64,000 bases of DNA from a virus: the IMG/VR virus record IMGVR_UViG_3300036770_001423, positions 30,297-94,296 of that record. One strand, 5' to 3'. The notes beneath the pieces were generated by a model. That model saw only the letters and a list, made by a program, of their open reading frames with translations. It made no database searches and had not been told where the DNA came from. The translations under genes were made by a program, and so were the position numbers. Shown piece after piece: positions 18,839 to 29,494 of the stretch (position 1 is its first letter; each line of letters starts with the position of its first letter).

Positions 18839-19582
18839 ATGAAAGATTCATTAGACACAATTTATGTAAAACCAACCCCTTCGGAGTATGTTTACCATAT
18901 TGATTCAGAAGTAGGTGAACCACATGAATACCGTGAGTTAATCCAATGTTTAGAGTCGATGCAGGAAGGAGACCACCTTAGTCTATATTTAAACACTTTT
19001 GGTGGCTATCTCCACACCACTGTTGCCTTGTTAGGACATATCCGTTCTACTAAAGGTCATGTTCATACTGTACTTAATGGAGTAGCTTGCAGCGCTGGTA
19101 GTATTCTATTCTTGTCTGGACATAGTTGTGAAGTGCTACCACATTCAACACTGATGGCACATACAAGTTCTGGTGGTTCAGGTTATGAGAAGTTATCTGA
19201 TTCGGCTAAGCGATTAGCACACGATACGAAACATCTGAGTAAGCTATACCATGAAGTATATGAACACTTCATGTCTAAAGAAGAAATTGAACAGATGCTT
19301 TCTGGTGTAGATTTCTGGTTCGATGATGAAGACTTAGATAAACGGCTGACATATCGTGCAGAGAAGATCCAAGCTAAACAACAAGAAATGATGAAGCAGG
19401 TAGAACAAGACTTCCTAGCCTCAATGGAAGCTGATGAACTGCCAGAAGCAATTCTGAAGAAGCTCACTAAGGGTCAGCTCATTGATTACATCCAAGGGAA
19501 CATTATTATTGATGTGAAAGAAGATGGCGAGACATTTGAGATTATTGAAATTGAAGATGAAGAACCTCCAAAATTACATTGA
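18839..19582 (+). CDS. ClpP-like protease
   Basis: LNTFGG, ACSAGS, LMAH, DFWF. Confidence 0.85.
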   Translation: MKDSLDTIYVKPTPSEYVYHIDSEVGEPHEYRELIQCLESMQEGDHLSLYLNTFGGYLHTTVALLGHIRSTKGHVHTVLNGVACSAGSILFLSGHSCEVLPHSTLMAHTSSGGSGYEKLSDSAKRLAHDTKHLSKLYHEVYEHFMSKEEIEQMLSGVDFWFDDEDLDKRLTYRAEKIQAKQQEMMKQVEQDFLASMEADELPEAILKKLTKGQLIDYIQGNIIIDVKEDGETFEIIEIEDEEPPKLH

Positions 19583-19655
19583 CAATGAACAATTAGTGTA
19601 ATAATATAGCCACCTAGTAATCCTAGAGTGGCTTTTATTTTATGTGGAGGAATGT

Positions 19656-19931
19656 ATGAAAAATATTGCTGTAATTGTAAACAATAAAAGGGAGTGGGAG
19701 TTTTTCGTTGAAGCATTACAATTTGCTTTATCGAAAGAGGATACACCATACAAAGCTACAGCTAATGACATTGTAGACAAACAGAAAGATGTACGATACT
19801 TTATGGTGCCTAATCATTTTAGTGGTATTGAACGTATGCGAGGTGTCATTGTGAATGACTACATGACTATGGCTAATTTTGTGGATAATGATATTCACGA
19901 GTATTTGATGAACTATATGAGAGGAGAATAA
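19656..19931 (+). CDS. Hypothetical protein
   Basis: GGAGG RBS. Confidence 0.55.
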   Translation: MKNIAVIVNNKREWEFFVEALQFALSKEDTPYKATANDIVDKQKDVRYFMVPNHFSGIERMRGVIVNDYMTMANFVDNDIHEYLMNYMRGE

Positions 19932-19932
19932 T

Positions 19933-20520
19933 ATGGCTAAAATTATTGTAATGAATTCCTGCCCGAACACAGGGAAGGACACAGCAGCAGACTATATTGC
20001 TGAGAAGTACAATGCTCAACACTTACGATTCAAAGATGGATTATACAAGGTGGCTGCTATGGTGGCGGGGATTACTGAGTTTCAAATGAAGCAATTGGCT
20101 ACATTCCGACCAACTAAAGAAACACCTTCTCATTATTTCTCGGTAGGTGGTGAGCAAGTAAGCCCCCGACAATGGTTAATCCACTGCTCTGAGAATATTG
20201 TAAAACCATTATTAGGTAAAGACTTCTTCGGTAAGCAATTAGCTCAGTCAATTACATCTGATTTAGTGGTGATCTCAGACAGTGGTTTTGAATCAGAGAT
20301 TGTTCCATTACTCCAAGCGGGTCATTATATTTGTGTAATTCGGATTGAGCGAGATGGATATACGTTTGAAGGTGACAGTCGAAACTATTTACCAACATCA
20401 CCGTTATATCACACATTCTTGGTGAATAACAACGGAACATTGGACCAGTTCTTGAATAAAGTGGGAAGTATTGTGGATGATATTGTTGGGATTAGTGGAA
20501 CTTCAGGGGCTTCAAAATGA
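19933..20520 (+). CDS. Deoxynucleoside monophosphate kinase
   Basis: TGKDT, F.D.L, SPR..L, ISDSGF..E, NNGT. Confidence 0.8.
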   Translation: MAKIIVMNSCPNTGKDTAADYIAEKYNAQHLRFKDGLYKVAAMVAGITEFQMKQLATFRPTKETPSHYFSVGGEQVSPRQWLIHCSENIVKPLLGKDFFGKQLAQSITSDLVVISDSGFESEIVPLLQAGHYICVIRIERDGYTFEGDSRNYLPTSPLYHTFLVNNNGTLDQFLNKVGSIVDDIVGISGTSGASK

Positions 20521-20792
20521 CATTACCTTTATTCATAGCAATCTTTGCAGTTAACTTTGTATATATCATGCTAAAAGCTATGCAGCAAAAGAGTGTGGTA
20601 GCTGATAAAAAGATGTTCATCGTTCCTACGTCTATGGCGATGAGCGCTTGCGAAACGTTCATGGTGGCAACAATAGCGACTATGGTTATTGCTACACAAT
20701 CATACTGGGCTTTTGTTCCTGCTGGTCTGGGCGGAGGTACAGGGTGCTTACTAGGAATGTCTCTGTTTAATAAACTAAACAAGGAATCATAA
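20517..20792 (+). CDS. Membrane protein
   Basis: Three hydrophobic segments; GLGGGTG. Confidence 0.6.
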   Translation: MTLPLFIAIFAVNFVYIMLKAMQQKSVVADKKMFIVPTSMAMSACETFMVATIATMVIATQSYWAFVPAGLGGGTGCLLGMSLFNKLNKES

Positions 20793-20980
20793 TGAGCTAC
20801 CATTATTCAGACATGGACGACTTACCTCCTATGAGAGTTCCTGATGCTACAGCAGAACGTAATGCACTATATGTCATCCTCTGCGACTTCTTATCTCCTG
20901 ATGAAATACAGAAGCGTATAAAAGATGTTTATGCTGGAAAATATAATCAGCGTAATACAAACGAAAAAGCCCGCATTTAG
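20792..20980 (+). CDS. Hypothetical protein
   Basis: AAGGA RBS; TAATG overlap. Confidence 0.55.
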   Translation: MSYHYSDMDDLPPMRVPDATAERNALYVILCDFLSPDEIQKRIKDVYAGKYNQRNTNEKARI

Positions 20981-20994
20981 CGGGCTTTGTTTTA
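20963..20994. terminator. Bidirectional terminator
   Basis: AAAAAGCCCGC-attta-GCGGGCTTTGTTTT between convergent genes. Confidence 0.8.
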
Positions 20995-21008
20995 TGTGCA
21001 ATTTGTAG

Positions 21009-21557
21009 CTACATCCCAGATGTTAATCTCACCACCATATAACTCATATCATACACTTGGAAGTTACCTGAATCCGCTTTAAAATATACTTCCAATCCAT
21101 TAGCAAATATTTCTGGGCCAATAAATACTGGAACAGCAAGAGATATAAACTGTTCCACTCCGGCAGACTTACTAACACTACCAGATTGTGCCTGCACAGG
21201 GTTATACGGAAACGTAGGAGATTCTAACCGTATCTCATAAGCAGCATTCTGAGCAGAAGCTTTAGCTTTAAATCTGATCTCCACTAAAAATACGTCATTT
21301 AGTGTTTGTGGTTGAAACTTCTGAGAAGTAAAGTTATAATTGAGAGATAAACTTCTTCCTGCCTGAAAGAATATGTCAGCAGGTTGAAATTGTAATTTGG
21401 TTGTGCTACCCTGATTCACCACTAATGGGGAAACGGATGTGTAGTTATTGAGTTGAAGAAATTGCCAATCTCCTTGAGCGAACAGGTTGTCTAGGCTACG
21501 CTTTATTTTATTTTTTCCAAGAGAGACAAGCTCATGGAAGTATTCTATCACCCGCAT
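21009..21557 (-). CDS. Beta-rich hypothetical protein, possibly virion-associated
   Basis: Lone minus-strand gene with its own TTTACA-17-TATACT promoter; start MRVIEYF. Confidence 0.6.
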   Translation of the reverse strand: MRVIEYFHELVSLGKNKIKRSLDNLFAQGDWQFLQLNNYTSVSPLVVNQGSTTKLQFQPADIFFQAGRSLSLNYNFTSQKFQPQTLNDVFLVEIRFKAKASAQNAAYEIRLESPTFPYNPVQAQSGSVSKSAGVEQFISLAVPVFIGPEIFANGLEVYFKADSGNFQVYDMSYMVVRLTSGM

Positions 21558-21697
21558 CGTGGTTTCCTGTGTTGTTGTGAGAATGCTCCTTCCTAAAGTA
21601 TACAGGAAGATTAATATTTTGTAAATAGATAAATTTATGTTGACAGCAAATAAATGCTCTAGTAGAATTACATCATCCAATCAGATAGGAGATAAGA

Positions 21698-21904
21698 ATG
21701 ACAAAAGCAAAGAAAGAGAAAGTGATTGAGACTGTTGTGTTAACATATCAGGAATACACATTCCCTGAAGTATCTTTCCCTAGTAAATTCTGTTTCAGGG
21801 ATGCTAATGGAGACTTTATCTTCATCAAGACATCGAAACGAAGTATTGCTGAGCAGTATATTAAAGATAATTATGATGGGCGTTATTCGCTGCGTGAAGT
21901 ATGA
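21698..21904 (+). CDS. Hypothetical protein
   Basis: Promoter at 21640; GGAG RBS. Confidence 0.6.
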   Translation: MTKAKKEKVIETVVLTYQEYTFPEVSFPSKFCFRDANGDFIFIKTSKRSIAEQYIKDNYDGRYSLREV

Positions 21905-21998
21905 ATAAGAAATCTGACACACCTTTAGTATTGACATTAGTATTTATGTTTGTTATATTGCCTTGGATTTTAGGATATTTAGCTATGGGAGGTACAAG

Positions 21999-22217
21999 AT
22001 GAGTGGAATTATTTGCAGTCCAGCAGTTTATGAATATAAAGGGATACTATTTGAGTTTCATAGTTACTGCGGCCCTTGGCCTTTAAAAAAGTCTAACCAT
22101 GACCCTAAGAAATATGCTGGGCCTAAATTCTGGGATATGTGGGATGAATTTTCAAAGCTATCGAAAGAAGAACAAATGACATACAACATTCACCGAGGAG
22201 GGTGTCAGAGAATATGA
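21999..22217 (+). CDS. Hypothetical protein
   Basis: GGAGG RBS; FEFHSYCGPWPL. Confidence 0.6.
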   Translation: MSGIICSPAVYEYKGILFEFHSYCGPWPLKKSNHDPKKYAGPKFWDMWDEFSKLSKEEQMTYNIHRGGCQRI

Positions 22218-22747
22218 GTAAACTGCTGATTAGTTCCGATCACCACCTCGGGCACAAGAATATCACCAAATACCGAACTGATTTTACTTCTGCGGAAGAA
22301 CATCATAATTTTGTATTTGAAAATTTAGCAACAAATGTCGGTAAACGGGACACTCTATACCTGTTAGGTGATGTAGCTTTTGACAAGTATTGGCTTGAGA
22401 AAGTAAAGAGTATTAAGTGTCAGCACAAGAAGTTAATTCTTGGTAATCACGATTCTGAACATCATTCAATTAAAGAATTAGCTGATGCGTTTGATAGTAT
22501 AGAAAGCTTACTGAGTAAACGTAATGTGTGGTTTAGTCATTGTCCAATTCACCCCCAAGAAATGCGTGGTAGGTTATTCAATGTGCATGGACACCTTCAC
22601 GGTAAGGTTGTAGAGAAAACAGTGTTCGAGTATGGCAATGCCGCAGGAATGATACAAGACGAAAGATATGTAAACGTTTGCGTGGAACATACAAATTATA
22701 AACCAATCAGTTTTGCAGAAATTATGGAGAGAATAAATGAGACTTAA
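22214..22747 (+). CDS. Metallophosphoesterase (calcineurin-like)
   Basis: SDHH.GH, LGD, GNHD, SHCP, HGHLH. Confidence 0.88.
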   Translation: MSKLLISSDHHLGHKNITKYRTDFTSAEEHHNFVFENLATNVGKRDTLYLLGDVAFDKYWLEKVKSIKCQHKKLILGNHDSEHHSIKELADAFDSIESLLSKRNVWFSHCPIHPQEMRGRLFNVHGHLHGKVVEKTVFEYGNAAGMIQDERYVNVCVEHTNYKPISFAEIMERINET

Positions 22748-23351
22748 GAGAAGATTGGTTTGGGGTGTTGGAATAAATGACGTTGACTACGCAGTGAACC
22801 AGCTTAAAACGACAGGTTTCGTATGTCCGTATTATCTTGTTTGGCAAAAGATGTTGGAAAGATGTTACAGTGAGAAGTATCTTAAAGTGAAACCGACCTA
22901 TGTTGGTTGTAGTATCCATCCAGAATGGCAAAGATTTTCAAATTTTATCAAGTGGGTTGATTCTCAGCCGAATAGAGATTGGCAGAATTGTCAACCAGAC
23001 AAGGATCTTCTTGTAAGAGATAATAAGTTGTATGGACCTGACACTGTGGTATTTGTTTCTAGGCAACTTAACGGTTTCTTAAATACAAACAAAGGACAAA
23101 GAGGCACCTTACTGATAGGAGTATCATATTATCCAAACACTACTTTAAAATTTAGAGCAGCTTGTAACGACCCTTTTCTTAAGAAACAGATTAAGCTTGG
23201 TTTTTACAAAACAGAGTTAGATGCCCATAAAGCTTGGCAAGCCAAGAAACACGAGTATGCTTGTCAGCTTGCAGAGCTACAAGATGACCCTCGCGTAGCA
23301 GACGCTTTGCGTCAACGTTACGCCCCTGATAAAGATTGGACAAAGGAGTAA
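22737..23351 (+). CDS. HNH-family homing endonuclease with AP2-like C-terminus
   Basis: W..ML.RCY, W..FSNF..W, DKD...Y.P.T..FV...N. Confidence 0.75.
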   Translation: MRLKRRLVWGVGINDVDYAVNQLKTTGFVCPYYLVWQKMLERCYSEKYLKVKPTYVGCSIHPEWQRFSNFIKWVDSQPNRDWQNCQPDKDLLVRDNKLYGPDTVVFVSRQLNGFLNTNKGQRGTLLIGVSYYPNTTLKFRAACNDPFLKKQIKLGFYKTELDAHKAWQAKKHEYACQLAELQDDPRVADALRQRYAPDKDWTKE

Positions 23352-23363
23352 AGGAGAAAATTT

Positions 23364-24242
23364 ATGATTAAACAACCGATGTTGGCGAACAGCGAAATTC
23401 CGAACTTATACGAAGATGTAAAATACCCTTGCTACATTCAACCAAAATTGGATGGAATCCGTTGTCTTGCTATTAATGGTGTAGCTTATAGTCGTAAGAT
23501 GAAACCAATCCCAAATCAATACGTGCAGAAAGTGTTTAAGGAACTAAACCTACACGGATTAGACGGTGAGTTGATGGTTTATGGAGATTTTAATTCTGTG
23601 CAATCTGCAATCATGTCAGAAGATGGTGAACCTGAGTTCTACCTAGCAGTGTATGATTACTGGGACAGCGATCTTTCATGTAAAGACAGAATGAATATTT
23701 ATATAACTAAAGTGCTTGAGATTAATAGACCATTGTTTGTGAAACGTGTTATTACTGACGTCGCACATACACCAGAGGAAGCGGAACGTGCTGTAGCTAA
23801 ATATGTGTCGCAAGGTTACGAAGGTGGTATCTTACGTTCACTGAGTGGTCGATATAAACAAGGACGATCTACGTTCAAGGAAGGCTTCTTGTTAAAGCTG
23901 AAAAGCTTTCACGATTCCGAAGCTGTAGTAATTGGTTTTGAAGAAAAGATGTCCAATGAAAATGCTCTTGAAACAGATGAACGAGGCTACGCCAAACGTT
24001 CAAGTAAGAAAGAAGGTATGGTTCCAGCAAACACACTAGGTTCTTTACAAGTAGATTGGAACGGTGTAGTATTCAACATCGGTAGCGGATTCACTGATAT
24101 TCAACGTAAAGAGATTTGGGACAACAAAGAAAGTTATCTTGGTAAGTTGGCTAACTTCAGTTATCAAGAGCTTACTAAATATGGTGTTCCCCGTTTCCCT
24201 GTATGGCGCGGATTTCGCAGTGAATTAGATATGAGCAATTAA
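23364..24242 (+). CDS. lig: ATP-dependent DNA ligase
   Basis: QPKLDGIR, LDGEL, EGGILR, KLK, GSGF, PRFP. Confidence 0.92.
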   Translation: MIKQPMLANSEIPNLYEDVKYPCYIQPKLDGIRCLAINGVAYSRKMKPIPNQYVQKVFKELNLHGLDGELMVYGDFNSVQSAIMSEDGEPEFYLAVYDYWDSDLSCKDRMNIYITKVLEINRPLFVKRVITDVAHTPEEAERAVAKYVSQGYEGGILRSLSGRYKQGRSTFKEGFLLKLKSFHDSEAVVIGFEEKMSNENALETDERGYAKRSSKKEGMVPANTLGSLQVDWNGVVFNIGSGFTDIQRKEIWDNKESYLGKLANFSYQELTKYGVPRFPVWRGFRSELDMSN

Positions 24243-24263
24243 TAAATTATTGAGGAGTAGTAG

Positions 24264-25003
24264 ATGGGTTATTATGATATTGCAGGGTATGACAATTGGA
24301 AGTGTGACGATGTAGTTGGGCAATTAGCTTGGGATGAAATCTATTTGCAAGAATGGGCTGAGAGTTTAATTCGACAGGATAACCCTTGGATGGATGAAGA
24401 ATCTATCACAGCGTTGGCTCAACACAGGTTAGAAACAGGTTACTATGATGACATTGATTTCTAATATTACAATCATCGTATTTTATTTCAGTTGCGCTGT
24501 ATTTGTCAGCGTACTAGACTTTGAATGGAGTGAAGACGCTGATAACCCAAAAGCATACTGGAAGTATTTGTTAGTTAATTTAGTGACATGGTGGATTACT
24601 ATCTTGATATTGACAGGAAGATTTGTAAGATTTATTAAACGACAACATAGGAGAAAGAAATGAGTGAAGAATTAAAAATGCCAGTCAATACTCCTGAGTT
24701 TACGGTAGGTATAATTGGTAATTGCTACGGCGATCTTAGAGTGAAAGTTGTTGATGGACAAGCTTACTGGGATATTGACGGTTTTGGTAGTATTAACTGG
24801 GAGAAAATCCCTGACTATTTATACTTCGCATTAGTTAAATTTGAAGGAGAGAACAAATGAACGTATTTTTAAAGTTAGACCCAGACCAAGTGGAATCAAT
24901 TGTCCGTAATGATTTGATTGAGATGTACAAACTGACTGACGACCTTGAAGTGAAGCAAGCTTTATACAAAGTGATTGATTACTACAGTACTCGTGATCAA
25001 TAG
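24264..25003 (+). other. Four small hypothetical genes (24264-24464, 24445-24663, 24660-24860, 24857-25003)
   Basis: Tightly packed ORFs with RBS or ATGA overlaps. Confidence 0.55.
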
Positions 25004-25079
25004 GACGAATTTAACGCTTGACAACAATAGCCACGAGGATTAGAATATCTCTCGTGGCTTAATTATTTGGGAGAAACTA

Positions 25080-25604
25080 ATGTTATTATTTTTGAAAACT
25101 TACTGGAAGACTATCGCTATTGTGCTATTACTCGTTCTAACGAACGTAGCGACATATCAGCGAACATCCTTGCATGTGAATACACAATGGGAATTGAAGT
25201 GGAGTGAGGCGAATACTGAGGCTTTACATGCTACAATTGACCAGCAGAAGTCGGAATTACTTAAACAACAACAACTGATTAAGGAGAAAACAAAGAATGA
25301 ACAATATTACAAACAAGAGCAAGCTAAGCTTGACATTGCTTTTACTGAGCTGTCTACTGAACATGAGTTGCTCCTCAAAACCCTTGATTCAATGTCCGAA
25401 GGTGGAGAAGATGCTAGTGCCGGAGTTAACCGTGAACGGGCATCCGAAGCTACCACATCCATTGTGCGAGCCGAGTTGCTCCGATGGAGTGTCCAAGCAA
25501 ATGAAATTCTATCGAAAGAAGCTGACTCACTCAGATTGAGCAATACAACTTGTGTTAATGAGTATAATTCAGTAAAGAGTGTAATTAATGGAGAGAAACA
25601 ATGA
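25080..25604 (+). CDS. Rz-like i-spanin
   Basis: N-terminal TM, coiled coil, C-terminal AD.L...C...Y. Confidence 0.75.
   Translation: MLLFLKTYWKTIAIVLLLVLTNVATYQRTSLHVNTQWELKWSEANTEALHATIDQQKSELLKQQQLIKEKTKNEQYYKQEQAKLDIAFTELSTEHELLLKTLDSMSEGGEDASAGVNRERASEATTSIVRAELLRWSVQANEILSKEADSLRLSNTTCVNEYNSVKSVINGEKQ
25297..25539 (+). CDS. Rz1-like o-spanin lipoprotein nested in the i-spanin
   Basis: AAGGAG RBS; hydrophobic signal with Cys (LLLLSC / NMSC); Pro-rich; +1 frame. Confidence 0.72.
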   Translation: MNNITNKSKLSLTLLLLSCLLNMSCSSKPLIQCPKVEKMLVPELTVNGHPKLPHPLCEPSCSDGVSKQMKFYRKKLTHSD

Positions 25605-26152
25605 AGATTTACACAGGGATTGGTAGTAGGGAAGTTCCTGAAAATGTACAGAACGCAATGTCGCAGGAAGCTTATTTCTTAGCTAGTCAAGGCTATACGC
25701 TGCGCTCTGGTGGTGCTAAAGGTAGCGATGCAATGTTTCAATGGGGACATGAATCTTATTATCGAGATGAAGATTTATCTATTACTAACGAGGAAATCTA
25801 TATTCCTTGGGTGAATTTCAAGATGGATCATTTTCTGGATACACACAATAATATTATCCCTAAGCATCTACTTGGTAAGTGTATGGAGATTGCTTCAGAA
25901 GTACATCCTTACTGGGAGCGCTGCTCTGTTGGAGCTAAGAAACTACATGCCCGTAATGTCTGTCAGGTGTTGGGGAATAATCTTGACACTCCTTCGGATT
26001 TTGTGTTATTTTATGCTAAAGAATTGAATGGTGTTGTGCAAGGAGGGACGGCTACTGCTGTGCATTTAGCAAGGTTACACGGTATCCCAACAATCAATAT
26101 GTTCTTCGATGATTGGGAAGATAAATTAGAATTTGAAGTGAGGAGAAAATAA
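25601..26152 (+). CDS. SLOG-superfamily (DprA/Smf-like) nucleotide-binding protein
   Basis: YTGIGSR, LRSGGAKGSD, LHARN, GGTATA. Confidence 0.75.
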   Translation: MKIYTGIGSREVPENVQNAMSQEAYFLASQGYTLRSGGAKGSDAMFQWGHESYYRDEDLSITNEEIYIPWVNFKMDHFLDTHNNIIPKHLLGKCMEIASEVHPYWERCSVGAKKLHARNVCQVLGNNLDTPSDFVLFYAKELNGVVQGGTATAVHLARLHGIPTINMFFDDWEDKLEFEVRRK

Positions 26153-27055
26153 ATGACATTTAAAATTGAAAACTTAAAAGATTTTGAAGCTGTACAAGCG
26201 GGTGATACACTGATTATTCAAGTACCTCATCGCTGGGGTGGTTACATGGTGGGTAATCGTCAATTGAATGGTACACAAATCACAATCAATAAAGATGAAA
26301 CCTTGTACACATACACAGCACCACAACGCACATGGGTTAAAACAATCCTGAAAGATGGTACTGAGCTTTCTGCACAAGAAGTGAATAAGATCCACAATCA
26401 GTATTACGATGACGATGAAGAAAAGATGGTGTATCCTTCTTTGAAAGAAGAATTCGCACATCGGGAACGTCTGCTAGAGATTAGCGAAGGCGAGAAAGTA
26501 TATCTGGAAGAAGAAGCCATTCTCACTCCAGTAGAATACACAATTGTCGGTGAACTGAAAGACACAGGTAATCCTTTTGTAGAAACTGCTGTGTCATACG
26601 GCAAAGGTCGTTTCTCTACAAGTGACAACAGCTTCTTTAAGCTAAATGTATCGAAAGTGATTGGTGATACACTGAAGAAATTTGCCGCTGAAGCTGACTT
26701 ACCGTTTACAGCCAGCTCTCACAGCGGTTATAAGTATGCTAAAATTAAAGGTGATTACGTAATCACAAGTGGTAAATGGTACCACATGGCAGAGAAGTGC
26801 TTTAAGTATTTCCCATCATTGCAAGATGCACAGAAATATGAGAATGATATTCGTAGTGAGCTGCATAGTTACCTTGCCGCTAAGTTTAATATGACAGTTA
26901 TTGGTAAGTTTGTTGCTGCTGAAATCTTTGCTGATTTACAAGCTATCCTGAAGAAAGTGGAAGGGTTGGATGTTATGCGTAAAGCACAAGACAATAAGCA
27001 ATACACGAAGAATGCTATTAATGCTTTGATGAAGAAACTAGGAGAAGTGAAATGA
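26153..27055 (+). CDS. Hypothetical protein
   Basis: 300-aa ORF; GAGGAG RBS. Confidence 0.7.
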   Translation: MTFKIENLKDFEAVQAGDTLIIQVPHRWGGYMVGNRQLNGTQITINKDETLYTYTAPQRTWVKTILKDGTELSAQEVNKIHNQYYDDDEEKMVYPSLKEEFAHRERLLEISEGEKVYLEEEAILTPVEYTIVGELKDTGNPFVETAVSYGKGRFSTSDNSFFKLNVSKVIGDTLKKFAAEADLPFTASSHSGYKYAKIKGDYVITSGKWYHMAEKCFKYFPSLQDAQKYENDIRSELHSYLAAKFNMTVIGKFVAAEIFADLQAILKKVEGLDVMRKAQDNKQYTKNAINALMKKLGEVK

Positions 27056-29420
27056 CCAAGAAAATAGTTATCAAATATACAACAGCCGAACATGACTGTG
27101 AAACTTGTGGTGGCACTTGGGAAGAATCTTATCAGTTATTATGCAAGGACGTTGTGATTGGTAATGAAGCACATGCTTACTGTTTTGGTTGCGAAAATAC
27201 ATCACTAAAAGATGCGTTAATGCAATTCCTTGAGCATGAAGGTTATAAGATAGAATTCGACGGAGACTACTATGACTAAATTCAAAGTAGGTGATAGAGT
27301 GAAATGGAAAGATAAGCCTTTCCTTTCTAATGGGTGTGTTCTGAAAGTGGTGACATCACCTTTCGGTGGTCACTATTACATCATCAGAACAGATGAATAT
27401 GCGCCAAACGAATATGCCTATAACACAGATGAATTATTGGCTTGGTCTAATGATATTGAGAAGGAGTAGATATGTGGTACGTAAAACATAAACATAGTCC
27501 AGATGACTATTACGACATCTTTCTTGATGAGGAAGCTGATGAATGGGTGTGCTATGCTTCTCCTGACAAGTATTATGCACCCTACTACGAAACACAAGAA
27601 GCTGCACAGAAAGACATTGACAGATTATGCGAAGTTGGTGTATTCTTAGTGCCAGTATTTGAACAAGAGGGGAATTGATTATGTTTGTAAAAGTTAAAAA
27701 TATGGAACACATGAATGATATAGACGCACCTTATGGTTTAGTTCAAGTTAAGAATATTTGCTACATTGGTCAACATTTATCAGATAACACTTATGCTTTA
27801 TCATTAGTCAATGGACGCACATTCTTAACTGACCAAGAAGGTTATGATAAAATCTTAAAGATTATTGATGTGGAGGAATAATTATGGATTTATTTATTTT
27901 ATATGTTCTACCTGCTTTACTTACAATCGTGATATGTGGTATTGATTCCTACCGGAGAGGTGCCGTTACGGTCGGTGAGGTGGTAGGTACTGTAATACTT
28001 GCTGTAATACCGATATTTAATATTCTTTTCGTAATATGGGCTGTTTTGGATGAACTCAGTATGAGGGGATTATTATCTAAAACACTTTGGAAAAAGAAAT
28101 AGTAATAATTTGAGGAGAGAAGTGTGAGTGATCTATCTGAAATACATACTGAAAGTATTAGCTTGCATTCAGCACAGCAACATTTTGAGAGCAATAAACA
28201 ATTTGAAGAATTTGCTAAGAAGTGGAATTATGATTTATCCACAGATGAAGAAGGGTTCTACACGAATAGCCTTACACAAAGATTGTGGGATTGTTGGGAA
28301 GAAAGTCGGAGGGCGAGATAAGTGAATCACATTACAGATCACGACATGAAGAATAAACTTATGCAAGACTTAGAGTTACACATCACCGCATGGAGGGAAG
28401 CTTCAGATAAATCTGAAATTAAATCTCTGCGTGGAGCAATTAGCTATTATTCCACTCCAAACGAAGACGATGAGTATGAGAATAAGTTCCAAACAATGTT
28501 AGCTATTCATGGGATTGTATTATGAACAGAAAACAATTCCAGTTATGGTTGGATCAATGGCCTGAAGACACAGAGATTCATGTAGGTATTCAACAATCAG
28601 CACCACCGTATTGTCCTTATGGTGAAGTAGTATATGAGAAGTTCAAAGGAGAACGTTGTGATGATTATGATTATACAGATTTTAATGGGAATACGTGGTT
28701 AAGGGAAGATAGTCCTTATTACAATAAACGAATACTAGAACTTGGAGGGAAAGATTAGATGTTATTAGACACATTATTTAAAGAAGTAGAACAGCTACAG
28801 AAGATTATCACAATGAATATCGTAGTGTATAGTGATGTTGTGTGGTGCTACACAGACAATGAATTATCCGTCAACACAGACGGTGATGAAGAAGCGTTGT
28901 TTCAGGGTGAAGGTAGTACATACTCTTATGATGTAAGATGTGTTGATGCGTCGGATGACGGCTATGTAATCTTCTATGACGCTAACAATAATTGTGGTAC
29001 GAGAGATACAATTATTGTTAAAGCTAGTGAGCGGAGAGATTAGAGTGAAAGATATTATAACCAACATCTTGTCATTTGTATATGGAGTGATAGTAACGCT
29101 TGTACTGGTTATTTGGCCAGTGGATATCAGACACGCAGCGATTATTAAGATGTACAACGAAGGAAAGATTGTCTGCACAACATTAGCTGATGAGTTTATT
29201 TGTAGGGAGGTGGAGAATGACAGTAAGTGAATTGATTGAATTATTAAAAACATATCCACCACATATGTTAGTGGCTGCTGAGATGTACAGTGAACAATAT
29301 CTTGTTACACCTGAAGATATTAGTCTAAAGAGGTTATGTCTCCCTAGACCAGATGGTTGGGTACAGAACTATCGACAAGATAAAGAATCAACAGAGTATG
29401 TTTTGTTCAGGGGAAATTAA
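27052..29420 (+). other. Run of eleven small hypothetical genes (27052-27279, 27272-27469, 27472-27678, 27681-27881, 27884-28102, 28124-28321, 28322-28525, 28522-28758, 28759-29043, ~29046-29230, 29217-29420)
   Basis: Head-to-tail ORFs with GGAG RBSs; some are membrane proteins or carry CxxC. Confidence 0.6.
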
Positions 29421-29494
29421 TGAAACCAACACAAGAACAAACAGGCACATTTGAAGCAGCTATGAAGAAGCCCCGTTAAGTGGCTTTGTTGTAA

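Noticed and set aside
24857-25021. Amber readthrough or stop-codon reassignment (TAG at 25001)
   Set aside because: It would add only six residues. Long genes are intact in the standard code, several end normally in TAG, and no suppressor tRNA is seen.
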